64,000 nt of DNA from Candidatus Woesearchaeota archaeon (GCA_964513145.1 CAZELK010000002.1:32001-96000); one strand, 5' to 3'; shown: positions 48,076 through 57,328, counted from the stretch's first letter. The notes: generated by a model from the sequence alone, not told the origin. Made by a program: numbers and translations.

Positions 48076-48209
48076 TGGGCCGAGAAGGATTTTCATTGCT
48101 TCTAGTTTTGTTTAAGCTTTTCTAAAAGCTTAATTTGAACCTTCGATCTAGACGGTGTAAACGTCTTGTCATTTGCAGAGTTAAAACTTAGCCACTAGAC
48201 CACCGGCCC
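48076..48209 (-). tRNA. tRNA-Val(TAC) with two introns: D-loop (48173-48189, 17 nt) and T-loop 59/60 (48090-48133, 44 nt)
   Basis: Anticodon arm AGACG-TT-TAC-AC-CGTCT. T-loop BHB: TTCA-AA|T with TGAA-AA|T. The D-loop BHB is weaker (GTGG/CTGC). Confidence 0.9.
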
Positions 48210-48276
48210 ACACAAAGAAATTCTTACTTAGTCCCTATTTAAAATTATTGTTTTTTCTCAAAGCTTTTATTAAATA

Positions 48277-48612
48277 TTAGCTTCCAGAATTAAAAATACC
48301 AGCTACTTTTTTTTTATCTTTAAATAATTCATTAAATTTCTTGATAGCATCCTGTGTTTTTGCTGTAATCATTGAAATGCCTTTCGAACTAATTGCTTGT
48401 TTTACTGAATCAGGTACCTTCAGCAAGCCACCAGCCCCAGTTCCGATAACTATAAATTCTGGTTGAATCCTTAACAGTTCCTCTATATCCTTTACGTCTA
48501 AAACCAAATTTTCTCTTTCCCAGTATCTGACTTTTTTATCAACAATTTTTATGCTGCCAATAAATTGTTTTCCCTCAATAATAAATGCCCCTAGTTTATA
48601 TTCTTGAATCAT
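48277..48612 (-). CDS. Mth938-like (DUF498) domain protein
   Basis: PEFIVIGTGAGG...TQDAIKKFNEL...AGIF. Confidence 0.9.
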   Translation of the reverse strand: MIQEYKLGAFIIEGKQFIGSIKIVDKKVRYWERENLVLDVKDIEELLRIQPEFIVIGTGAGGLLKVPDSVKQAISSKGISMITAKTQDAIKKFNELFKDKKKVAGIFNSGS

Positions 48613-48696
48613 AGTTATATGCTGTCATAAGAATTTTTAAACTTATGCCTGAAATAACTCAAAAAGGTTTATAAATTAACATATTCTTTTCATTCT

Positions 48697-50496
48697 ATGG
48701 ATGAGCATCCTAAGCAAATAGTAATACCTGAAGAAGTAAAAGAAAAGTTTAAGGAAACAAAGGCAAATTTAACTAAATTCAAAAAAGATATTTTAAAGAA
48801 ATTTGATAAATATATTCTTGGAATAACCCTTCTTCCAAATGCTAAACTTTTAGATGAAGATTTAAGAGAGGAAAAGCCTGATGAGAAAAAAGGAAATAAT
48901 CCGAAAGATATAGGTGTCTTAATTCTTATTGATGATTCAGATAGCAAAAAGTTGAGTAAGTTTGAATTGAAAGATAAATTAACAGCAATAATCGGCAAAA
49001 GTGCCAAAGATATAAATGATAATTTAAAAACTCAGGTAATGTTATTGTCAGAGTTAAGAGAAAATTGTTTTGATTCAAAATACGAAGTTCTGGAAGCAAT
49101 CGCCTTGTCAGCTATATTCTACGATCCAAGCGATATTTTGGCTGCTTTCAAGATTGCTGAAGTACATAAAAAAATGACTATAAAAAAATTTGAGAAATAT
49201 ATCATAAGTTACATTGCAATTGGCTCTTTATTCAGGGGAGAAAAATCAAATGACATAGATGTTCTTATTGTTGTTGATGATACAGATGTTAAAAAAATGA
49301 CTAGGGGTGAACTAAAAGATAAACTAAGGGCAATAATTATAGGCTTGGGATATGATGCAAGCAAAATAACTGGAGTAAATAAAGCATTCCATATTCAAGT
49401 CCACATACTTACAGACTTTTGGGAAAGTTTAAAGGATGCTTCACCAGTAATTTTCACTTTTTTAAGAGATGGTGTCCCTTTATATGATCGTGGTGTATTC
49501 ATGCCGTGGAAACTCTTGCTTCAGATGGGCAGAATAAAACCCAGTCCAGAAGCAATAGATATGCACATGGATATAGCTGATAAATTAATACAAAGGGCTA
49601 AAGGAAAACTGCTAAGCGTTGTTGGTGAAGATTTATATTATGCAACATTAAATCCTGCACAAGCAGCATTGATGTTATATGGCATTCCGCCGCCGACACA
49701 TAGGGAGACGATAAAATTATTAAATGATATATTTGTAAAGAAAGAAAAACTTTTGGAAAAAAAATATGTTGATATTTTAGACAAGACCTTCAGGTATTTC
49801 AAGGATATTGAGCATGGAAAAGTAAAAGAAATTTCTGGAAAAGAAGTTGATAGCTTGTTAAAGGATGTTGATGATTATTTAAAAAGATTAAATAAATTAT
49901 TTAGCGCAATTGAAACAAAAGCAGAAAAAAATAGAGTACTGGAATTTTATGATGGTTGCATTTCTATTGCCCAGGATTTATTAAATACAAATGGGATAAA
50001 AGGCAATATAGAAAAAGGATTTGAAGAATTGGTTAAAAAAGGAAAAATCCCTGAAAAATTCTTAAGAACATTAAAAATAGTCGTGAAAGCGAAAAATGAT
50101 TATATAAAAAATAAAATAACTAAACAGGAAGTTGAGAAAGTAAGAAAAGAAGCAAATATATTTATTCGTGCCTTGGTTGAAATTGTGCAGAGAAAAAGAG
50201 GCTTAGACTTAGAAAGGGCAAAAATCAAAGTCAAGTATAATGACAAAATTGGCGAGGTATTTGTTTTGGATAATTCAGTTTTCATAATAAAAGATGTTAA
50301 TAGTGAAGAAAAAGAAATATTAAAGGGAGTTTTTACAGAAAACTATTGCATTGGCGAACTTAAAAAAAGTAATATGAGTGAAATGGAAGACTATCTAAAG
50401 AATATGAAGATAATAAGAAAAGTATCTTTTAATGAAAATACTATGAGTGACCTAAAAAAGGTTTTTGGAGATAAAATAGAAATTTTAGTAAATTAA
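48697..50496 (+). CDS. Tandem nucleotidyltransferase-domain plus HEPN-like protein (599 aa)
   Basis: GSLFRGEKSNDIDVLIVVDD NTase motif; duplicated ELKDKL segment; LYYATLNPAQAALM...PPPTHRET HEPN-like region. Confidence 0.8.
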   Translation: MDEHPKQIVIPEEVKEKFKETKANLTKFKKDILKKFDKYILGITLLPNAKLLDEDLREEKPDEKKGNNPKDIGVLILIDDSDSKKLSKFELKDKLTAIIGKSAKDINDNLKTQVMLLSELRENCFDSKYEVLEAIALSAIFYDPSDILAAFKIAEVHKKMTIKKFEKYIISYIAIGSLFRGEKSNDIDVLIVVDDTDVKKMTRGELKDKLRAIIIGLGYDASKITGVNKAFHIQVHILTDFWESLKDASPVIFTFLRDGVPLYDRGVFMPWKLLLQMGRIKPSPEAIDMHMDIADKLIQRAKGKLLSVVGEDLYYATLNPAQAALMLYGIPPPTHRETIKLLNDIFVKKEKLLEKKYVDILDKTFRYFKDIEHGKVKEISGKEVDSLLKDVDDYLKRLNKLFSAIETKAEKNRVLEFYDGCISIAQDLLNTNGIKGNIEKGFEELVKKGKIPEKFLRTLKIVVKAKNDYIKNKITKQEVEKVRKEANIFIRALVEIVQRKRGLDLERAKIKVKYNDKIGEVFVLDNSVFIIKDVNSEEKEILKGVFTENYCIGELKKSNMSEMEDYLKNMKIIRKVSFNENTMSDLKKVFGDKIEILVN

Positions 50497-50555
50497 ATAA
50501 TTTTTAAAAAAGCAAAAGAAAGCTTTTTATATCCTTATTTTGTACAAATTTTAAA

Positions 50556-50813
50556 ATGGAAGGAACAATAGCTAGTTTTCGAAGGGGAAGGCATACCCAG
50601 ACAAACAATCAGATGTTAATATATGTAAATGGAATTACTAATAATGATAAAGCTAAGCCACTAATAGGAAAAAGCATAAAATGGAAAAGCCCTTCTGGAA
50701 AAGAATTCGTAGGAAAAGTAGCTAGCACGCATGGAAATAAAGGGGCTTTAAGAGTCATATTTGAAAAAAACTTACCTGGTCAAAGTCTGGGTAACAAGGT
50801 ACAAGTAGCATAA
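50556..50813 (+). CDS. rpl35ae: 50S ribosomal protein L35Ae (eL33)
   Basis: FRRGRH...HGNKGALRVIF...LPGQSLG. Confidence 0.93.
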   Translation: MEGTIASFRRGRHTQTNNQMLIYVNGITNNDKAKPLIGKSIKWKSPSGKEFVGKVASTHGNKGALRVIFEKNLPGQSLGNKVQVA

Positions 50814-50814
50814 A

Positions 50815-51339
50815 ATGGCAGGATTAAGAAAAGGCAGAAGCTATAGAAAAGTAAAAAGAGCTTATACAAGAAAGTCAAAATTCAAAACTAAGGCATTTAT
50901 CAAGACAGTACCGCCAAGCAAAATAGCAAGATTCAAAATGGGCGACTTGGCAAAAAAATTTAATTATGTTCTTGAATTGCACCCAAAAGAAAGCCTGCAG
51001 ATTAGGCATAATGCATTAGAGTCAGTAAGGCAAGTTGTAAACAGAAGGCTTGAAATTGCTTTAGGTCATGATTATTTGTTTCAAATAAGAGTTTTTCCGC
51101 ATCATATTTTAAGAGAACATAAAATGTTAACTGGTGCTGGAGCAGACAGAATGTCGCCAGGTATGTCAAAAGCATTTGGAAAACCTGTAGGCATTGCTGC
51201 ACAGTTAAGAAAAGGTCAGACCATATTCTCAGTTTCCGTAGATAAGGAAAATATTGACAAAGCTAAAGCAGCACTTGCACTTGCAAAACCAAGACTTCCA
51301 GGTAATTATTTAATAAATATTAAAGAAATCAAAAATTAA
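50815..51339 (+). CDS. rpl10e: 50S ribosomal protein L10e (uL16)
   Basis: IRHNALES, HILREHKMLTGAGADR and GMSKAFGKP. Confidence 0.96.
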   Translation: MAGLRKGRSYRKVKRAYTRKSKFKTKAFIKTVPPSKIARFKMGDLAKKFNYVLELHPKESLQIRHNALESVRQVVNRRLEIALGHDYLFQIRVFPHHILREHKMLTGAGADRMSPGMSKAFGKPVGIAAQLRKGQTIFSVSVDKENIDKAKAALALAKPRLPGNYLINIKEIKN

Positions 51340-51460
51340 TTTGAGAGTTTATTTTCTGGTTTTTCTGTCTGCATAACAGTGATTTTGAAAATACAAAGGA
51401 ATTGATGGATGCTGTTAAGACATTTATTGAAAAAGAACTGTGTTTAAATTGAAAGTGTAG

Positions 51461-51853
51461 TTAAGCTGATTTAGGTGCTTCTTCTTTCTTGCCTAATAAA
51501 TTATCCAAAGATTCAGATCCATATTTTTCAACTTTTAAATTAATCTGTGCAGTTTGGTCAGAAATTATTCCACCCCTGACTGTTTTTCTTATTCTGATTC
51601 CCTTTTCTTTGACTTTTATTCCAGTGCTGTTTCCAGATAAAACTTTCTTTCTGCCAACAATTTCAATGTCTTTTCTCATTGGAAAACCAGCCTTGTCAGA
51701 GCCGCCTGTAATCTTCAATTCATAATCTTTTAATCCTACTAAATTGCCTTCAACTTTCTCTCCCAATTTCTTTCCTAAAAAAGCCTCATTATTTACAGTC
51801 TTTTGATAACTTTTTCCAGTTTTTACATCATTTACAACGATTTTAAATTCCAT
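51461..51853 (-). CDS. rps6e: 30S ribosomal protein S6e
   Basis: ITGGSDKAGFPMRKDI...RKTVRG. Confidence 0.96.
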   Translation of the reverse strand: MEFKIVVNDVKTGKSYQKTVNNEAFLGKKLGEKVEGNLVGLKDYELKITGGSDKAGFPMRKDIEIVGRKKVLSGNSTGIKVKEKGIRIRKTVRGGIISDQTAQINLKVEKYGSESLDNLLGKKEEAPKSA

Positions 51854-51908
51854 TTTTTATTTTTGTTAACTTTTTCTTAAAAGTCTTTTTGGTTTTCCGC
51901 AAAAAAGG

Positions 51909-53630
51909 TTAAATTCCCCATAAAGGTTCTTTCTTCCTTTTGAGTTCTGCAATTTCTTTCAAAAGTTCAATTTCTTCCCTATTTAAATATTTCTTAAGCT
52001 GCTTAAGTTTTACAAAATCTGCCTCTCTTAAATCAGAAATCAATACATCCCTTTCCTTTATCTGCCTTCCAACAGTTACATTTGGCAGGGCTATGGCAAC
52101 CTCATTATTTTTAACAGCAGATTCTACATTTTTACCTTCTAGTTGCATGCTTTTTACTTCAGAAATTTTATCTCCATTTAACTTGATTAAGGGTGTGCTG
52201 TTCTTAACTTGCCCACCCAAAACAATAACACCAACAACAGCAGGGTTTGACTGTCTAAAAATGCAGCCTGGTAATATCTGGATCTTGCAAGGTTTGATTA
52301 CATTTTCAAGTTCTTTTTTCTCCTGTTCTTCCAGTTTTGATTTTTTCCAATTTTCATAATCTTCAATTAATTTGTAAATAACATCATGAGTTATTACTTT
52401 AACTTCTGCAGTATTAAAATTTTTAATATTAAATCCCAAAATAACTTTGTTCAATTCATCTTCATCAGCAAGAGCATCTGAAATGTCTTTTTTAGAAATA
52501 TTTCCAAGTGAAGCCTTTTTAATATTAATTTTATTTTGTTTTAGTAAATTGGTTAAAGCTTCCAAAGAACCAAGTGTATCTGCTTTGACAACTATTCCTT
52601 GTCTGTCAGTTTGAATTAAAACCTCTTCAACTTCTTTTTGTGCTTGCTCTTTGGCTTCATCTAAATTTTTGTTTGCAACAATTAAAGGCATTCCAGAAAT
52701 TACATCCCTTACATTTGAAGCCAAGATTTTTGTTCCTGCTGCAGCAACTACTTCTTTAACTTCATTAAATTTAAATTTTTCATCAGCAATAGACAATGAA
52801 CGTATTTTTGTCACAATAGGTTTGTCAACACCACCAATTACAGCCTGGTCATTTTTCTTCAAAATGCCGTCATAAACAATAGCATAAATAACTGTTCCAG
52901 CATTTTCTTCTTTAACCTCAAGTATTGTTCCCTTTCCAGCAACATCCTTGTGAATTTCAAGATTTTTTTCTAAATATTTTTGAGCTAGACCGCAAAGAAC
53001 CATTAATAATTCTGGTATTCCTTCTCCTGTTTTTGCAGAAACAGGAACAATTGAAACAGTTTTTGTATAATCGTCAACTCTGTCAAATCTTTCTGAATTA
53101 AATCCTAATTCAGAAAGTTTTCCAACCAAGGAATAAATTTTAGAGTCTAAAGCCTGCTTAACTCTGTCCTGCTGTAAACTTATGTTTTTAATCAAAAAAT
53201 TATCTTTTTTCAGCCATCCTGGAGTAAGGTCTATTTTGTTTGCAGCAATTATAAATGGAGTCTTATATTGTTTCAAAATATTTATGCTTTCAATTGTTTG
53301 TTCTTTAATGCTTTCATTTATGTCTATAACTAAGACAGCTATATCAGCTAAATTTCCTCCTCTTTTTCTAAGGTTGTTAAAAGCAGCATGCCCTGGTGTG
53401 TCTAAAAATAAAATTCCCGGGATGCTTAATTTAATTTTTAAGGTATCCAACAAAGTGCCGCATAACTGTCTTACAGTTTTAATGCTTAGGTTGGTAAAAG
53501 AAATTGCTTGAGTAATTCCTCCAGCCTCATTTGAAACAATATCAGTGTTCCTAATTTTGTCTAATATAGAGGACTTTCCATGGTCAATATGTCCTACTAC
53601 TACGCATATTGGTGATCTGATATTGTTCAT
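51909..53630 (-). CDS. infB: Translation initiation factor aIF5B (IF-2)
   Basis: GHIDHGKSS, GGITQ, DTPGH and NKID; start taken at ATG 53630. Confidence 0.97.
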   Translation of the reverse strand: MNNIRSPICVVVGHIDHGKSSILDKIRNTDIVSNEAGGITQAISFTNLSIKTVRQLCGTLLDTLKIKLSIPGILFLDTPGHAAFNNLRKRGGNLADIAVLVIDINESIKEQTIESINILKQYKTPFIIAANKIDLTPGWLKKDNFLIKNISLQQDRVKQALDSKIYSLVGKLSELGFNSERFDRVDDYTKTVSIVPVSAKTGEGIPELLMVLCGLAQKYLEKNLEIHKDVAGKGTILEVKEENAGTVIYAIVYDGILKKNDQAVIGGVDKPIVTKIRSLSIADEKFKFNEVKEVVAAAGTKILASNVRDVISGMPLIVANKNLDEAKEQAQKEVEEVLIQTDRQGIVVKADTLGSLEALTNLLKQNKINIKKASLGNISKKDISDALADEDELNKVILGFNIKNFNTAEVKVITHDVIYKLIEDYENWKKSKLEEQEKKELENVIKPCKIQILPGCIFRQSNPAVVGVIVLGGQVKNSTPLIKLNGDKISEVKSMQLEGKNVESAVKNNEVAIALPNVTVGRQIKERDVLISDLREADFVKLKQLKKYLNREEIELLKEIAELKRKKEPLWGI

Positions 53631-53843
53631 AAAAATGCTAAGAAAAAGTATACTTTTAAAGGTTTTTATATATTGTAAATTTTTAAATAGGATATAATCT
53701 AAATAACAAAGTTTAATAAAAGCTTTAAATGACAAAATTCATTTAATTGGAAGAAGATGGAAGAACTACCTTATTTAAGTGCTATAGTACATAATTTTGA
53801 AAAAGTAAATAAAAAGAAAGTTAATTGCATATAAACTAGTAAA

Positions 53844-54611
53844 ATGAAAAAAGAATACAAAGCAGAATTTGATCATAGTACAAGAAGAATACACTATATT
53901 CAAGCAAATGAAGAAATGCCGTCAGTAAGGAAATTAGAAATATACTTAATGATGCAAAAGATAGGGGCTGCTCGAGGTGAAACAATCGCAGATTATGGTT
54001 CTGGAAAAGGTGCTCTAACATTCATGTTAGCTAAAAAAGTTGGAAAAAATGGGTATTTAATTGCTTTAGATAACTCAAAGAAAACTTTGGATATTATCAA
54101 AGAGAAGAAAAAACCAAATATAGAAACAAAGCTCCTAAAAGATGAAACAATCCCATTAAGAGACAACTCTGTTGATAAGCTAGTTTCTTTAGCAAGTTTT
54201 CATCATGTATTAAATAAAGAAAAAGCTTTCAAGGAATTCTATAGAGTAATAAAAAAAGGCGGAAAATTAATAATTGGCGATGTTGCTGATCAAACCAATG
54301 TTCAAAGATATTTTGATGGTCCTGTTAATAGTTTCTGCAGTACTGGGCATAAACATATATTTTTAGATGAAAATAGAGCTAAAGAATTATGTAGATATGC
54401 TGGGTTTAGTGAAATGAAATTTAGTATTGAACAAACTCCATGGGTATTTTGTAATGAAAAAGAAGCAGGAAGATTTTTACATTTAATTCATGATGCTACT
54501 TGTACGCCAGAAGAATGTTTAATGATGGCTAAAGAATATCTGGGTTTTTCACAAAAAAAAGATAAATTCAGCTTAAATTGGCAATTGTTTTACCTTGTAG
54601 CTGAAAAATAA
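53844..54611 (+). CDS. Class I SAM-dependent methyltransferase
   Basis: ADYGSGKG, IPLRDNSVD, SFHHV and KKGGKLIIGD. Confidence 0.88.
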   Translation: MKKEYKAEFDHSTRRIHYIQANEEMPSVRKLEIYLMMQKIGAARGETIADYGSGKGALTFMLAKKVGKNGYLIALDNSKKTLDIIKEKKKPNIETKLLKDETIPLRDNSVDKLVSLASFHHVLNKEKAFKEFYRVIKKGGKLIIGDVADQTNVQRYFDGPVNSFCSTGHKHIFLDENRAKELCRYAGFSEMKFSIEQTPWVFCNEKEAGRFLHLIHDATCTPEECLMMAKEYLGFSQKKDKFSLNWQLFYLVAEK

Positions 54612-54700
54612 AGATAAATCAGATTTGTATTTCCAGATACTACAATTCTAAAAATATATCGAAACGTTTATAAAATAAATAACGGCTGGTTTTTATTGAT

Positions 54701-55780
54701 ATGTTAATTAAAAAAAATGTAGGTGAAGATAATTGGATCCATATGGTTAGTTATAAAAAAAACGGTAAATGTGAAAGGAAACTAGAACTTGGTATAATTG
54801 GTGTAGGAAAAGTTGGAAGTCTTGTTGTGAATCAATTACTTAAAAAATACCCTGATATTAATATTAATCTTAATTCAAGGGATGACAGATACTTAAGATT
54901 GCTTCTGCCAGATATGGCTAAAATAGAAATTGACGGCAGGGAAATTCCAACAAATCAGACACTTAGCAGACTAAGGGTTTATGAAACTGTTGATGGAAAA
55001 GTGACTGTTGGAGATTCAAAAAAAAGACTACTAGATTCTGACATAATAATTCTTGCGGCACGTAAATACCGTGAGGCATATTTTAAAGAAAGAAGTGAAG
55101 AATATCTTTACAATAAGGAGCTTATTGATGATATTGGAAGAAGATTGGAAGGGTTTACAGGAGTTTTAGTTGATTTAACAAACCCATTAGAACTTACATG
55201 TGAACGGCTCGCTCAAATAAGCAAAATACCCAGGGAAAAAATTGTTGGTGTTGCCTATTCTAGTACAATAAGATTTAGAGATGCATTACAGTCAGAAATA
55301 AAAAAAAATTCAGAGTTTAGAAATAAAAAAATAAATTTGGAAAATGCTGTTGTCATAGGAGAACATGGTGCCAATATGGTTCCAATATACCATGGCGTAA
55401 TAATTGGTGATAAAAGACTTTCTCAAATACCAAATACTGAAAATATGAGGCGCAGAATACGAAAAGCAGTAAAAAAAGTACCTGCAGAAAGCCAGTCAGG
55501 AGATACATCAGCAAAAAATATTTTTGTTCCATCAATGGCTGTAGTTTATACAATTGAAGCTTTATTAGAAGGGTATCAATTGCCAATGTCATCTTTTGAT
55601 GGCGATTGCTTTATTACAAATAAAACCCGCTCAGTAAGTCTGGAAGGGAAAATTGAAAGAATTGAACCAATAAAGAAATTCTTGGAAAAAGGAAGTATTA
55701 GCAATAGTGAAAGAATTAAATATAAAAAAGCCAAAGAAGAAATCATCAAAAAATTAAAAAAAGTTGGATTGATTAAGTAA
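54701..55780 (+). CDS. Divergent lactate/malate dehydrogenase-family protein
   Basis: GIIGVGKVG Rossmann motif, TNPLE and GEHG. Confidence 0.75.
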   Translation: MLIKKNVGEDNWIHMVSYKKNGKCERKLELGIIGVGKVGSLVVNQLLKKYPDININLNSRDDRYLRLLLPDMAKIEIDGREIPTNQTLSRLRVYETVDGKVTVGDSKKRLLDSDIIILAARKYREAYFKERSEEYLYNKELIDDIGRRLEGFTGVLVDLTNPLELTCERLAQISKIPREKIVGVAYSSTIRFRDALQSEIKKNSEFRNKKINLENAVVIGEHGANMVPIYHGVIIGDKRLSQIPNTENMRRRIRKAVKKVPAESQSGDTSAKNIFVPSMAVVYTIEALLEGYQLPMSSFDGDCFITNKTRSVSLEGKIERIEPIKKFLEKGSISNSERIKYKKAKEEIIKKLKKVGLIK

Positions 55781-55782
55781 TT

Positions 55783-56547
55783 TTAATTTTTCAATACTTC
55801 GTTGGGATCATCCTTTTGAGAATAAGAAAATAAAATATCAAAATATTTTCTATAAGCATCAGCCATTCTTCTGCTTTCTATTAAAATACTTAGTATTGGT
55901 TCAGACCATATCCAAAAAGCTACCTTGCAATTGTAAATTGTTGTTGTCGCTGGACTATTAATAGCATTAGGTAAATAAGCAGCCTGAGTAAGTGGTAACC
56001 TATTAAGAAAAGCAATTCTCCTCTTTGCATTTTCATCATAAAGATGTTTCTGTTTAAGTTTAAGTGCTATTCTTCGTTTATGATAATGATTCACAAAAGA
56101 CTTTGTTCTTATTGCTGCATCTTTAGGAATTCCAAAAGCCACAACTTCATCAAAAGAATCATCTTGCTCTTTCTCTTTTATTATATCATTTAAAATTGCT
56201 TTTATTCCATTTAGGCCCTCATAGATTGTTACTTTTTCCTTATTTTTATTCAGCTTGCTATTAAGTGCCAGTCTTGGGAGAACTTTTGCAAAAGCAGCTT
56301 TTTTTTCTTCTAAAGAGTCTAAGATTTTAGTCGGGTCTTCAGCTTGAAATAATTTTTGATGTCCTTTGTAAATATAAGAAACTAGCCCCCGCTCTATTAA
56401 TCTATTTAATGCTTCGTAAACATTTGTTCTATAAACTTTGCTTTTTTCAGCTATAATTCCTGCAGCACTAGACCCAAGTTGAAGTAAAGTCAAATAAACT
56501 TTTGATTCATTTTTGCTCAAGCCTGTATTTTCTAATTCTTTTTCCAT
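55783..56547 (-). CDS. TrmB-family transcriptional regulator
   Basis: GLSKNESKVYLTLL...YEALNRLIERGLV and C-terminal effector domain (IYEGLNGIK). Confidence 0.9.
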   Translation of the reverse strand: MEKELENTGLSKNESKVYLTLLQLGSSAAGIIAEKSKVYRTNVYEALNRLIERGLVSYIYKGHQKLFQAEDPTKILDSLEEKKAAFAKVLPRLALNSKLNKNKEKVTIYEGLNGIKAILNDIIKEKEQDDSFDEVVAFGIPKDAAIRTKSFVNHYHKRRIALKLKQKHLYDENAKRRIAFLNRLPLTQAAYLPNAINSPATTTIYNCKVAFWIWSEPILSILIESRRMADAYRKYFDILFSYSQKDDPNEVLKN

Positions 56548-56578
56548 AAATTATTAAGAATCAAAATTATTATTTAAA

Positions 56579-56656
56579 TGTGTTGTTTATGATACTGCAA
56601 CACAGATTTATATATAAAATTGAATAATTAGAAGTTACCAGAAAAAATCTGGTGAC
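56579..56656. promoter_or_regulatory. Two inverted repeats in the divergent TrmB/micro-protein promoter
   Basis: TGTGTTG-N12-CAACACA at 56579-56604 beside the TATA-like TTTATATATAAA; GTTACCAGA-N5-TCTGGTGAC at 56634-56656. Confidence 0.55.
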
Positions 56657-56677
56657 AAAAGAGGTGCGGGGGTAAAA

Positions 56678-56821
56678 ATGTATTATGAAGAAGATGAATT
56701 CTATGAAGAAGAGGAAGATATATACAAAAAAGCCATGAGAAGCTTAATGCTTGAAGATGATGAAATAGACCCTGAAGAAGAAGGATTTATGTCTGGTTAT
56801 GAGGGAGACGAAGATTTATAG
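56678..56821 (+). CDS. Acidic micro-protein (47 aa), paralog of 3582-3695
   Basis: MYYEEDEFYEEEEDIYKKAMRSLMLEDDEIDPEEEGFMSGYEGDEDL, with a GAGGTG/GGGGGT SD. Confidence 0.78.
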   Translation: MYYEEDEFYEEEEDIYKKAMRSLMLEDDEIDPEEEGFMSGYEGDEDL

Positions 56822-56828
56822 GGGAAAT

Positions 56829-56957
56829 ATGAAAAGGAAAAAATGCATACTATGTGGAAATAGTATTTTTAAAAGTGCAGAAACAGACGCATATGTTTGT
56901 AGAGATTGTGAAAAAGAAAATATAGAATCAAGGTACATAAATAATTGGCAGTTATGA
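56829..56957 (+). CDS. Zinc-finger micro-protein (42 aa)
   Basis: MKRKKCILCGNSIFKSAETDAYVCRDCEKENIESRYINNWQL, with two CxxC motifs. Confidence 0.7.
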   Translation: MKRKKCILCGNSIFKSAETDAYVCRDCEKENIESRYINNWQL

Positions 56958-57149
56958 TTTCTTAAAAGAAGCTATGATATCAATTAAGTCGACGTGACCC
57001 AAGAAAATTGCTCTGCAGCAATATCTTTTCAAGCCTAAACTGTCCATTATTTTGCCTTTTTCTTCGCCTTTTTTGGATCTTTCTTTAAATTCGTCGAAAG
57101 ATTGGGCTATTGGCTTACCACATGAAACACACCTGATCGGAATTATCAT
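56952..57149 (-). CDS. rpoN: RNA polymerase subunit N (Rpo10)
   Basis: MIIPIRCVSCGK...RYCCR. Confidence 0.96.
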   Translation of the reverse strand: MIIPIRCVSCGKPIAQSFDEFKERSKKGEEKGKIMDSLGLKRYCCRAIFLGHVDLIDIIASFKKS

Positions 57150-57328
57150 AAAACTAAAGTACAAATCCAATTTTTAAAACTTTCGAAAATCTGTTTTACT
57201 GTAGTATCATGAAATATTGGATGTTTAGCTAAGTAAAAATCCCAAATATTCTTTCAATTTCATTAAATGAGTCTTTTATAGTTTAATAATTATATAGTTT
57301 TAAAAACCCATAAAATCTAGTTTAAATT

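Noticed and set aside
50505-50535. GAAAGCTTTTTATA upstream of rpl35ae resembling the AAGCTT element
   Set aside because: Better explained as an archaeal BRE plus TATA box; it lacks the second hairpin arm.
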